Below, piece after piece: positions 37,211 through 46,088 of a DNA stretch of 64,000 bases. The translations under genes and the position numbers were made by a program. The notes beneath the pieces were generated by a model. That model did no database searches and was not told the origin of the DNA. It saw only the letters and a program-made list of their open reading frames with translations. The DNA is taken from NCBI GenBank assembly GCA_964557405.1, contig CAZLAC010000002.1, positions 9,149 through 73,148 on the forward strand, in the 5' to 3' direction. Every line of letters starts with the position of its first letter. The first letter of the stretch is position 1. The stretch is from an uncultured Candidatus Saccharibacteria bacterium. Its GTDB lineage: Bacteria > Patescibacteriota > Saccharimonadia > Saccharimonadales > Saccharimonadaceae.

Positions 37211-37879
37211 ATGGAAAAAGATGAACCAAACGACCTAGTGCAGCCGCCAAAAGAAAGTTTTATGGTGCGCTTTGTGCGCTGGCTAGACCCAAAGCTAGAA
37301 AAATTCCGCCCGGAGAAAGAACCGGAAGCACCGGAGCCATACATCCCGGAGAGCGTGGAAGACGTAGTGTGGATACTAAGGAAGACTCCGTTGTCCGTGC
37401 TGAGCGAGCGCGAGCGCGGGATTATTGCGGCGGCGATGCAATTCCCCACGAAGCGAGTGCGGGATTTGATGCTGCCGCGGACAGAAATTACTTTTGTGCA
37501 TAAAAATGATTTTATGGGCCCGCTGATGTTGGACAAACTTTACAAGTCCGGGCTGTCGCATTTTCCGGTGCTGGGAGCGGGCGGTCGCGTAGAAGGGGTG
37601 CTGCATACGGCGTCACTAAATAGTTTAGAAATCAAAGAGACCGAGCGCTGCACGGAATATCTAGATCCGCAGGTTTATTATATGCGAGAGGACTATACGC
37701 TGGAGCAGGCGTTTGCGGCATTTCTCCGGACAAATTGTCATTTCTTTATGGTGGTGAACAGTGACGGCGTCACAACTGGGCTGCTAACTTATAAAATGCT
37801 GGCGGCCTATCTGCTGGGCGAGGTGCCGGAAGACGATTTTCACCAAGACCAGGACGTGATGAGCGTTGCTAAAAGGTAA
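37211..37879 (+). CDS. CBS-pair domain protein (CorC/HlyC-like cytoplasmic part, no TM domain)
   Basis: VRDLMLPR, SGLSHFPV, HFFMVVNSDGVTTGLLT; GGAGG SD before ATG 37211. Confidence 0.8.
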   Translation: MEKDEPNDLVQPPKESFMVRFVRWLDPKLEKFRPEKEPEAPEPYIPESVEDVVWILRKTPLSVLSERERGIIAAAMQFPTKRVRDLMLPRTEITFVHKNDFMGPLMLDKLYKSGLSHFPVLGAGGRVEGVLHTASLNSLEIKETERCTEYLDPQVYYMREDYTLEQAFAAFLRTNCHFFMVVNSDGVTTGLLTYKMLAAYLLGEVPEDDFHQDQDVMSVAKR

Positions 37880-38606
37880 CGCCTACGCCGTGTTCGTTTG
37901 GGCACTGTTCTAGGATTTTGGCGATGGCATCATGTTCGGCCTGGGTGACCCAAAGTGCGTATTTATATTTTACGGAAACCTGCCGTGCAACGTAGGCACA
38001 GCGGAATTTTTTGTTACTGGGTAGCCAAGTGGCGGCATCGCCGTCTGATTTTTGTTGATTAGCACTGCCATCTACGGCGATAAGATTAAGCGGGTCGGTG
38101 GCAATTTGGTAGCGCTCGTCCTGGGTTTTGTATTGAGCGCCTTTCTGCCAGGCGTCAGAAAGTGCTACAACATGGTCAATTTGGACGTTTTTACTGATGT
38201 CTTCGCGCTGCGTGAAAACTTGGTGCTGGCCAGTATAAGGTTCATCGTATTCGCCGGCAATAACGTTACAGGAGCTAGTAGGGTCTAGCACGGCGCTATC
38301 GCCAAAGTCGCGTTTGATAATTCTCTGCCGCAGGCTACAGCCGTCTATGGTGGGCCAGCCATTGTAAAATTCAGTTCTCTGGTAGCCGGTTTTAGGGGCG
38401 CGGCCCTTGATTTCTAGTTTTGCTAAAATATCTGTAGCGAGTGGAGCGGTTTCATCCTGTGCTAGGAGGTTAGGCTCGGCGGAAAGGTCGGTGGTGCTAA
38501 TGACTTCAGTTTCATAACTTTTTGGGCTAACAATGAGCCAGGCGGCAACACCGCTGAGTAGCGTGGCAACGGCAATGATGCGACGGAGACGGTGAGAAAT
38601 TTTCAT
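37869..38606 (-). CDS. Exported DUF1524/HNH endonuclease
   Basis: Signal/TM, PKTGYQR, EPYTG, QIDHVVALSDAWQKG, DPLNLIAVDGSANQQKSD, WLP motifs. Confidence 0.85.
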   Translation of the reverse strand: MKISHRLRRIIAVATLLSGVAAWLIVSPKSYETEVISTTDLSAEPNLLAQDETAPLATDILAKLEIKGRAPKTGYQRTEFYNGWPTIDGCSLRQRIIKRDFGDSAVLDPTSSCNVIAGEYDEPYTGQHQVFTQREDISKNVQIDHVVALSDAWQKGAQYKTQDERYQIATDPLNLIAVDGSANQQKSDGDAATWLPSNKKFRCAYVARQVSVKYKYALWVTQAEHDAIAKILEQCPNEHGVGVTF

Positions 38607-38649
38607 ATCTGTTATTTATAGTAACATTTTCTGCTCGGCCGGGGTAGAC

Positions 38650-38678
38650 TTGACTTTTATGGTTATCTGTGATATAAT
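38650..38678 (+). promoter_or_regulatory. sigma70 promoter TTGACT-17-(TGA)TATAAT
   Basis: Direct motif match with 17-nt spacer. Confidence 0.7.
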
Positions 38679-38730
38679 GAGGGTATAGGCGGGTATTTTG
38701 TACCCATTTTTGATGAAGGGGGTGAACCTT

Positions 38731-39318
38731 ATGAACATGTTAGAAGTAGTGAATCGCTGGGCCTGGAAATCGGTATCGGCCAACAACCCGAATCGGACTT
38801 CTAGAGTATTTTACCGGTGTTTGTACCGGACGGCGGCGCGGCTGTACCGTGCATTTTCGCGAGATTGGCGACTGAGACTAGACCTGTATATGAACGGGTG
38901 CTCGGAGATCAACACCTATGTCTGGCCGTACTGCGTGCCGGAGTTTGCGAACTGGCCGGAAGAGGAGGGTCTGCTCGTCTCAGATTCGTGCGGGTTTGTA
39001 GTCCGGCATAGCACGAGCTATTGCGCACAGAAGTTACATGAAATATCCCGAAGATGGCTGAAACACGGCCGGGGTGAACGGTATGATGCGCGAGATTGGC
39101 TGCAGCTATTAGATATTAATGGCTACGACGAGATAGCGCGCGAGCCAAAAACTGGCAATTCGTATATCGGTATTATGCCGCACATGGGTGAGTACGGATT
39201 AGTGGTTTGGTTTGAGTATATGGACGGGCCGCTAGCAGTATTCTCTACTTATCGCGATGGTAAATATTTTATCAGTCGTGAGATGCCTGACCGCGTGACG
39301 TGGGTACGGGTAGGATGA
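38731..39318 (+). CDS. Hypothetical protein with degenerate CHAP-like domain
   Basis: GFVVRHSTSYCA..DARDW..GY..PKTG..YGLVVWFE resembles the CHAP pattern with both catalytic residues substituted; AAGGGGG SD. Confidence 0.6.
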   Translation: MNMLEVVNRWAWKSVSANNPNRTSRVFYRCLYRTAARLYRAFSRDWRLRLDLYMNGCSEINTYVWPYCVPEFANWPEEEGLLVSDSCGFVVRHSTSYCAQKLHEISRRWLKHGRGERYDARDWLQLLDINGYDEIAREPKTGNSYIGIMPHMGEYGLVVWFEYMDGPLAVFSTYRDGKYFISREMPDRVTWVRVG

Positions 39319-39322
39319 AACT

Positions 39323-39344
39323 AGGGCTGCAGAGATGCAGCCCT
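39323..39344. terminator. Hairpin between convergent genes
   Basis: AGGGCTGCA-GAGA-TGCAGCCCT. Confidence 0.65.
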
Positions 39345-39358
39345 TTGACATGACTGGA

Positions 39359-39808
39359 TTAGGCGGTGATTTCTTGAGCATAAGCAATATTCTGGGCAAG
39401 GGCCTGGTCCTGCAAGCGAGCGGCGCGAACGAGGTCGTCTACGCAGGAGTTGACGGAATGTTTGACACGGGCTTTTTCTTCGGCCTTTTTGCCATCATTC
39501 CAGCGGTCCAAAGTACCAACAAGATAGCCGGTGATGCGGCGCAGGCGCTCAAACTTGTCATTGGCAAAATATTCATTGTGGTCATCAAAGTATTTTCTAG
39601 CGGCAGCTTCGTCGCTGGCGTTTGCGATGAGCTGCACACCAAGCTCCACCAGGACACTAACGTGCATGTTCTCGTACTGGTCTACGGTTTTCAGGGCTTT
39701 TTCTATGTCCTGCTTGCTGATTTTTGCGTAGCCACTCAGCGATTTTTCGTAGCGCTTAAAGTCAAATTTAGTGGCGTCAGCGGGACTTTTGTAAATGATA
39801 TTTTTCAT
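39359..39808 (-). CDS. Small stand-alone NrdD glycyl-radical-domain protein (mini class III RNR component)
   Basis: FERLRRITGYLVGTLDRWNDGKKAEEKARVKH matches the NrdD C-terminal RxxGY..WN.GK..E...R signature; upstream NrdR boxes. Confidence 0.8.
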   Translation of the reverse strand: MKNIIYKSPADATKFDFKRYEKSLSGYAKISKQDIEKALKTVDQYENMHVSVLVELGVQLIANASDEAAARKYFDDHNEYFANDKFERLRRITGYLVGTLDRWNDGKKAEEKARVKHSVNSCVDDLVRAARLQDQALAQNIAYAQEITA

Positions 39809-39849
39809 GGTTTTTGATTCCTTTTATGCTATTCTGCTTATGATTGTAC

Positions 39850-39897
39850 ACGCTATATATAGTGTTTGTCAATAGGAAAATACGCTATATGTAGTGT
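39850..39897 (-). promoter_or_regulatory. Tandem NrdR boxes overlapping a TTGACA-18-TACAAT promoter
   Basis: Reverse strand ACACTACATATAGCGT (39882-39897) and ACACTATATATAGCGT (39850-39865), 32 bp apart, matching acaCwAtATaTwGtgt; TTGACA at 39867-39872 and TACAAT at 39843-39848. Confidence 0.85.
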
Positions 39898-39934
39898 TTT
39901 TGTGAGAAAATCGGGTTTGTGGTATAATATAGGA

Positions 39935-40924
39935 ATGAATTTAAAGATTGGAATTGTGGGGTTACCAAATGTGGGGAAAAGCACGCTTTTTAATGCGCTG
40001 ACAAATGCACATGCACTTTCGGCAAATTATCCGTTTGCAACGATAGACCCAAATGTGGGGATTGTACCAGTGCCAGACGAACGCCTAGACGTGCTAGAAA
40101 AAATGTATGATGCAGAGAAGAAAGTACCGGCAACGGTAGAATTTGTAGATATAGCGGGGCTGGTAGCCGGAGCAAGCAAGGGTGAGGGGCTGGGCAACAA
40201 ATTCCTGGCGCACATCCGGGAGTGCCATGCGATTTGCCACGTGGTGCGAGCGTTTGTAGATGATGACATTGTACGGGCGGATGGCGCGGCGGTTTCAGAT
40301 ATTGTGGCGCGGGCAAAGGATGACATTGATATTATTAATCTTGAGTTACAACTAGCCGATGACGAGACACGCGAAAAAATCGCTGCTAAACGGAAAAAGG
40401 ATCTAGCAGACGAGAATATCCCGTTTCTGACGGAAAAGCCAGTAATTTATATGTTTAACGTAGATGAAAAAGGCCTAACAGATAAAGCTTTGCAAGGAAA
40501 ATTAGCGGCGTTAGTGGCTCCAGCCAAAGCAGTGTTCGTCAATGCTAAACTGGAGGAAGAGATGTCTGACATGAGCCGGGACGAGCGGAAAGAATTTTTG
40601 GCGTCGTACGGAGTCTCCGAGGATGCGCTGGGCGAGCTGATTCGGGCGGCATATGATACATTGGGGTTACAGTCGTTCCTGACGGCCGGGAAAAAGGAAG
40701 TGCGGGCCTGGACAATTCGTAAGGGTTCTACGGCTCCGCAAGCGGCCGGGACGATTCACACGGATTTTGAACGTGGATTTATTGCGGCAAATATTTGCTC
40801 GTATGATGATTTAGCACGGCTGGGCTCGGAAAAAGCCGTGCGCGAAGCTGGATTGCTCCGGACCGAGGGCAAAACCTACATCATGCAGGAGGGGGACGTA
40901 GTGGAATTCAAGTTTAACGTCTAG
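39935..40924 (+). CDS. ychF: Redox-regulated ATPase YchF (shortened)
   Basis: GIVGLPNVGKSTLFNALT, ANYPFATIDPN, DIAGLV, GEGLGNKFL, TGS domain (AAGTIHTDFERGFI). Confidence 0.95.
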   Translation: MNLKIGIVGLPNVGKSTLFNALTNAHALSANYPFATIDPNVGIVPVPDERLDVLEKMYDAEKKVPATVEFVDIAGLVAGASKGEGLGNKFLAHIRECHAICHVVRAFVDDDIVRADGAAVSDIVARAKDDIDIINLELQLADDETREKIAAKRKKDLADENIPFLTEKPVIYMFNVDEKGLTDKALQGKLAALVAPAKAVFVNAKLEEEMSDMSRDERKEFLASYGVSEDALGELIRAAYDTLGLQSFLTAGKKEVRAWTIRKGSTAPQAAGTIHTDFERGFIAANICSYDDLARLGSEKAVREAGLLRTEGKTYIMQEGDVVEFKFNV

Positions 40925-41865
40925 TCTACTACAAACCAAGTTTCAAATTTATAGTCTAGGCCAGAAACGGCGGCTGCGGCAAGATGTGGGATTTTAACTG
41001 ATTTGCTATATTTAAGATAACTTTCGGCAGCGAATCGCATTTGACGCTGTTTTTCTTTGGTAATCATTGCTAGTGGTGAACCGTGTTGGTGGTCCTGACG
41101 ATACTTGACTTCTGTAAAAAATATGTCATTCCTTTTTTCGGAGATAATGTCAATTTCATAGAACCGAGTCTTGTGATTACGAGCGATGATATGGTGACCC
41201 TGACGCACCAGATATTCGGCAACAACAGATTCAGCATGATGCCCGATCTCTGTACTGCTAGGAGACTCATGCTCTCGTTTTTGGACCGGCTTGACCGACC
41301 GACGATGCTCCGGGCAAGGGCCAAACTTTTCCAGAGCAGCCTTATGTGCGGCAGTACCGTAGCCAACGTGTTTTTCAAACCCGTAATCAGGGTAGTTTTC
41401 TGCGAGTTTTATCATATAGTCGTCCCGCGCAACCTTAGCAATAATAGAGGCAGCCGAGACTTCCTTGATAAGAAAATCCGCCTTTTTCAGAAGGGTGACA
41501 TGATTTTCCAGTTTAGTACCTTTGAGAAAATTGATTGTACCATCAATAATAATCTCCGTAAAGGGGGTATGCTGAGCCTGTATTTGTTCTACGGCACGGC
41601 GAGTAGCAAGTTTCAGGGCGGGACCGAGCCCGATTTCGTCTAGTTCTGCGGCCGGAACCCAGCCGGTAGCGGTAGCAGGAGCCTCGGCTAAGATAATTTT
41701 GTTTAATGTTGCGCGCTTTTTAGGACTAAGTTTTTTAGAGTCAGTGAGCTCTTCTACCCAATCTGGGTATGGGTGAGGGAGGATACACGCTCCAATAACA
41801 AGTGGCCCGGCCCAGGGGCCGCGGCCAACTTCGTCAATACCGAGAATGATTTTATTCGGCTGCAA
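40921..41865 (-). CDS. rnhB: Ribonuclease HII fused to a YraN (UPF0102) domain
   Basis: GIDEVGRGPWAGP, DSKKL, IDG, AASIIAKVARD, GYGT; C-terminal GHHAE..ARN..EIDII..FTEVKYR YraN motif. Confidence 0.9.
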   Translation of the reverse strand: MQPNKIILGIDEVGRGPWAGPLVIGACILPHPYPDWVEELTDSKKLSPKKRATLNKIILAEAPATATGWVPAAELDEIGLGPALKLATRRAVEQIQAQHTPFTEIIIDGTINFLKGTKLENHVTLLKKADFLIKEVSAASIIAKVARDDYMIKLAENYPDYGFEKHVGYGTAAHKAALEKFGPCPEHRRSVKPVQKREHESPSSTEIGHHAESVVAEYLVRQGHHIIARNHKTRFYEIDIISEKRNDIFFTEVKYRQDHQHGSPLAMITKEKQRQMRFAAESYLKYSKSVKIPHLAAAAVSGLDYKFETWFVVD

Positions 41866-42307
41866 CTTCTTCCTTTGCAGGCTCTGTTGCGGCAGGTTCT
41901 ACTGCCTCTGCCGGGGCCTCTTCCTCTACCGTGACGTCATTGACGGCGGTGCGGTCAAAATCTTTTGCGGAGAGACGAGCAGATTTACCAGAGCGAGCGC
42001 GGAGATAGGAAAGATTGTTCCGGCGAACTTTAGAACGGCGGACGATTTCAATTTTCTCTACGAGCGGGCTGTGCAGTAGGAAGCTCTTTTCTACGCCAAC
42101 ACCACTTGCGATTTTACGAACAGTAATGCGAGCGGTATGGCTGTCTTTGCGATCGGTGCGAATCACGACGCCTTCAAAAACCTGGAGGCGGAACTTCTCA
42201 CCTTCTTTAATCTTCTGAGTAACCTTGACGGTATCACCAGAGCGGACGTCCACAACGGCTTTCTTCTTCTGGGCGTCACCAATTTGTTTTAGAATAGAAA
42301 AACTCAT
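41852..42307 (-). CDS. rplS: 50S ribosomal protein L19
   Basis: GDTVKV, RLQVFEGVVI, VRKIASGVGVEKSF, KVRRNNLSYLR. Confidence 0.97.
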   Translation of the reverse strand: MSFSILKQIGDAQKKKAVVDVRSGDTVKVTQKIKEGEKFRLQVFEGVVIRTDRKDSHTARITVRKIASGVGVEKSFLLHSPLVEKIEIVRRSKVRRNNLSYLRARSGKSARLSAKDFDRTAVNDVTVEEEAPAEAVEPAATEPAKEEVAAE

Positions 42308-42373
42308 ATTTAACCTTTATACCTTAAACTTACTCTATTTTAACACACTTTCTGGAATTTGAAAAGAGTTTTT

Positions 42374-44002
42374 CTAGATTACGCGGGAAACTTCTTCCAG
42401 GGTAGTGTCGCCACGTAATGCAGCTATAACACCTTTTTGTTCCAATGTCAACATACCCAGAGATTTGGCGGTCTTCTCAATATCGTCGGTGTTGACGTCC
42501 AAGATATCACCACGAATGAATTTTTGGATATCATCTGTTACACTAAGCTGCTCCATGATAACGGTGCGGCCCTTATAACCAAAGGGATCTTCCTCGCCGT
42601 GAGGGACTGGCTTGTAGAGTTCAAATGTCTCAGGGTTAAAGCCTTCTGGCAGTTTATCCTCCGGAACGTCCTTTAGGACGCGGTTGACATAGGCGCGAGT
42701 AGCATCATCTGGGGCGTAGGCTTGCTTACTGTCAGACAGATGGCGAACTAGGCGCTGAGCAATCACGAGACGGATAGAGCTAGAGAAGATGGGGTTCTGA
42801 CCAATTAGATCAATCATACGCGAAAATGCGGCGGAAGTACTGTTGGCGTGGAAGGAGCTGAGCACAAGGTGGCCAGTAATAGAGGCCTGGATGGCGGTTT
42901 TGGCGGTATCGGCGTCACGAATCTCACCGACCATCACTACGTCCGGGTCTAGACGAAGCACGGAGCGGAGACCATCCGCAAAGCTCTGACCGCCGGTAGT
43001 ATCAATTGGAATCTGAGAAATACCAGTGATACCGTATTCAATTGGATCCTCAAGGGTGATGATTTTTCGTTCGGTGGTATTGAGTGCGTTGATAATAGAA
43101 TAGAGTGTAGTAGATTTACCAGAACCAGTAGGACCGACCATCAGCACTAGACCGCGCGGGTGAGAAATAACTTCGCGAATTTCCGCCATTTCTTCCTGGC
43201 CCAGACCTAGCAAGTCAAGATTTAGCAAACTTTCATCAAAGTTAAAAAGACGAAGCACGGCGTCCTGACCGTACATAGTAGGAATGGTCTCAACACGAAT
43301 GTTTAGCAAGTGACTGCTGCCGTCACGGTAAATGTCTTTTTGCATGTGGCCGGACTGGGAAGTAGTAGCAGCGGTAGAAACGCCAGCACGGGAAGAAAGC
43401 TCGCCCATAAAAATACGGTAACGATCACGGTTGATGTTGGCTACTGGGTGCAACATACCGTCAACACGCATACGGATGCGAATGGCGTCGCGGAGATTCT
43501 CAATGTGAATATCAGAAGCACCCAGCATATCGGCCTGGTCAATGAGAAAGTCAAAAACTTTGTCTGTACCGACTTCATTGAGAGTTTTAGAAACCGCATC
43601 AAAAGTTTCCGAGTCACCCTCGCTAGCGATTTTGATGTCATCATAGTGAATTTCACGCGGAGGGTCATAGCGGAGCATGAAAGTCTTGTATGCAGAAAGG
43701 GAAATCAGGAAGAAATCTACACGCTCGCCAGCGTCAACGTAGCCCTGACGCAACTCGTCAATGGTGCTTTTAGGAGTTTGCGAAGTGACCATGAACTGGT
43801 AGTGCTCTTCTTCGTTCCCTTTTTGGAGAGGGATGATGAAGTCGCTATGCATTTGATTGACACTGAGTAGTCCCGGCACAAGCGGAATAGTATTTTCAAA
43901 CGTACGGGTGTCTAGGTATGGCAAACCCAAAATCCGAGCGCGCGACTGAGTAGCCTGCTCCTCGTTTTGGCGACGTTTTTCTTGTATTTCCGCTTCTTCC
44001 AT
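42374..44002 (-). CDS. GspE/PilB family secretion/pilus ATPase
   Basis: ASDIHIE, GPTGSGKSTT, TLEDPIEY, LRLDPDVVMVGEIRD, TGHLVLSSFH, AQRLVR, GYKGR. Confidence 0.9.
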   Translation of the reverse strand: MEEAEIQEKRRQNEEQATQSRARILGLPYLDTRTFENTIPLVPGLLSVNQMHSDFIIPLQKGNEEEHYQFMVTSQTPKSTIDELRQGYVDAGERVDFFLISLSAYKTFMLRYDPPREIHYDDIKIASEGDSETFDAVSKTLNEVGTDKVFDFLIDQADMLGASDIHIENLRDAIRIRMRVDGMLHPVANINRDRYRIFMGELSSRAGVSTAATTSQSGHMQKDIYRDGSSHLLNIRVETIPTMYGQDAVLRLFNFDESLLNLDLLGLGQEEMAEIREVISHPRGLVLMVGPTGSGKSTTLYSIINALNTTERKIITLEDPIEYGITGISQIPIDTTGGQSFADGLRSVLRLDPDVVMVGEIRDADTAKTAIQASITGHLVLSSFHANSTSAAFSRMIDLIGQNPIFSSSIRLVIAQRLVRHLSDSKQAYAPDDATRAYVNRVLKDVPEDKLPEGFNPETFELYKPVPHGEEDPFGYKGRTVIMEQLSVTDDIQKFIRGDILDVNTDDIEKTAKSLGMLTLEQKGVIAALRGDTTLEEVSRVI

Positions 44003-44020
44003 TGGTATATATTATACCGC

Positions 44021-44533
44021 TTATGGTGCGATTTTGTAAAGATAGTGGGCACCCACGGATTTTTCCGGCGTGACATCTGGAATGTCAAAAGCGTAAGAAA
44101 TAACATAAAGTGGCTTGTTGAGACGTTTTGCTTCTGATTGAATTTTATGAAAAATCTTCTTGATGTCGCGGGTATCACCAAAGAAATAGACTACGGTAGC
44201 TTGCTGTGGGAACTTAATGTTGTAAAAATTACAACATTTGATAGTGGCATTTTCAACTTTGCGAAGACGAAAACGGGCGATTCCGGCATAAATTGGGTTT
44301 AGCTCGTAACCAATAGATTTTGCGCCGTGCCTAGTGGCAACTTTTTGAACCGTACCAATCCCAGCGCCAAGATCTATGAGAAAATCGTTTTTGTTTAGTG
44401 GGTAAAGTTTTGTAAAAGCTTTCTTGACGTCGCTGGGTTTGCTGGGCACAAAAGGTGCACCAGTAAAAACTGTGAAGGAAAACAGTATGAATATTGCAAC
44501 GATGACTAGAGCAATGACGGCCGAAGTGTCCAT
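44021..44533 (-). CDS. Membrane-anchored SAM-dependent methyltransferase
   Basis: TM, GAPFVPS, IDLGAGIG, GYELNP, ISYAF. Confidence 0.8.
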   Translation of the reverse strand: MDTSAVIALVIVAIFILFSFTVFTGAPFVPSKPSDVKKAFTKLYPLNKNDFLIDLGAGIGTVQKVATRHGAKSIGYELNPIYAGIARFRLRKVENATIKCCNFYNIKFPQQATVVYFFGDTRDIKKIFHKIQSEAKRLNKPLYVISYAFDIPDVTPEKSVGAHYLYKIAP

Positions 44534-46003
44534 TTATTCGGCACGGCGGCGGTTACGAGTATAGATAATCCCGGCAGTAATCCAGAGAGAGGCAAGAATG
44601 CTGACGACTAGAAAGTTAGGGGTAGCAGAGCTGTGATCGGTGGTGTTTGTGGCACCAGTGCTAGGAGAGGCGACTGTGCGCGTAGCAATAGCGTAGCCAG
44701 AGAAAGATTTGGTTTTGAAGATGACGACACGAGTAACCGGATCAAAGCTTTCCGGATAAATTACTTCATATTCGTCACCATCGTCAATATTGTGGACGAG
44801 GACAACTTCGTTGCCATCCACACCCTCGTCTAGTTGCAGGGCGATTGTAGCTTCGTTTTCTAGGTGGTGAATTTCGTCAGCCCAAACTTCGTCTACGGTG
44901 CCCTTGTAGAAAACTTGAGCGAGGTTAATATCTAAGTAAGAACTGATGTTGTAACCGCTGGCGGCATTCTGGAAATTGGTGATTTTGTCAGTATCCGGAG
45001 TGATATCTTCAACGTAAAGTTGAGCGGTGCCGGCATCTAATTCGTTGTCACCAAGAATAATCATGCCAGATTTAACTTTGTCCGAGCTCGTAATAACTTC
45101 ATCGCCAACAGCGGTAACTTCGGCGTGGAAGTAGCCGTTAGTTCCCTCCGGGACGAACATGGTGAACTCGGAAACGCCGGCATCGTCGGTGGTGAAATTG
45201 GCACCGCCGTTGACGCTGGTAACTTGATAGCCGTACTCTGGTACAACACGCATGGTAATATAGCAGTTTCCCGGTAGCGTGAGGCTGCCATCGTCAAAAT
45301 TAACATCTCTAAGCACGCCATAGCTGAGATAGCCATCGGCGGAGTGGAATACGTTGAACTCACCCTCGTTGGACATATGGCCTATAGTGTCAGCTTCCGT
45401 GATAGTATAGTCCGTGTTGTCTACCGCGTATTCGGCCTTGACGAACTCCAGTTTTGAGTGGCCAATGTAGTCACCGCTACCGGCCTGGGACGGATCGGCG
45501 GTCCAGAGGAAATTGGCAAACCAGATAGTGTCATTATTAAAACCGTGTCGGACGACGATGTCATAGTTTGCGGCTTTAGGGACGTTAGGGATGTCAAATG
45601 AAACGGTTTGGCTGCCCCTGTTGGCATTTAGCCAGGCAGTACGGTCGTCAAAATCTAGGTATCTCGCCACTGGGTAGTCGGTGCCGTTGATGGTGATGTT
45701 TTCATAGTAGCGGAATTGCCAAAGGGTTTCAAAGGTGAAAGTAACCGTAGCGTCACCATCGTTAGTTTCGTAATTGATGCTACCAGAGCCGTCATACATA
45801 TCGCTGCCGTTGATATGGAAATCAGCAAAGAAATCGTCGTAGTTTTCCTCTGCTCCACGATAGGTATAAGTACCCGCGCCAGGGGCAATCGTGATGTCTG
45901 CAGAAGCCGTGGTGGCGAAAACCTTTGTAGTGTTTGCTAGGGGCAAGAACGTACTAGCAAGAACCAACAATACTGCGGTTAAAACTTTTTGAACTTTCTT
46001 CAT
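44534..46003 (-). CDS. Secreted surface protein with LPXTG-like C-terminal sorting signal
   Basis: Signal peptide; beta-rich acidic body; KSFSGYAI; SPSTG + hydrophobic helix + RNRRR tail. Confidence 0.75.
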   Translation of the reverse strand: MKKVQKVLTAVLLVLASTFLPLANTTKVFATTASADITIAPGAGTYTYRGAEENYDDFFADFHINGSDMYDGSGSINYETNDGDATVTFTFETLWQFRYYENITINGTDYPVARYLDFDDRTAWLNANRGSQTVSFDIPNVPKAANYDIVVRHGFNNDTIWFANFLWTADPSQAGSGDYIGHSKLEFVKAEYAVDNTDYTITEADTIGHMSNEGEFNVFHSADGYLSYGVLRDVNFDDGSLTLPGNCYITMRVVPEYGYQVTSVNGGANFTTDDAGVSEFTMFVPEGTNGYFHAEVTAVGDEVITSSDKVKSGMIILGDNELDAGTAQLYVEDITPDTDKITNFQNAASGYNISSYLDINLAQVFYKGTVDEVWADEIHHLENEATIALQLDEGVDGNEVVLVHNIDDGDEYEVIYPESFDPVTRVVIFKTKSFSGYAIATRTVASPSTGATNTTDHSSATPNFLVVSILASLWITAGIIYTRNRRRAE

Positions 46004-46088
46004 AATATATATGACTCCCTTATAGTCTTTTGTTTATTGTAGCTGGTTTTGGCGTGAAAAGTCAAGTAGAATCTGGTATAATGGCCCT

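Noticed and set aside
37869-38606. DUF1524 protein as a split GmrD partner of the DUF262 gene
   Set aside because: It has an export signal and is about 9 kb away, and the DUF262 protein carries its own HNH domain; more likely an extracellular DNA-scavenging nuclease.
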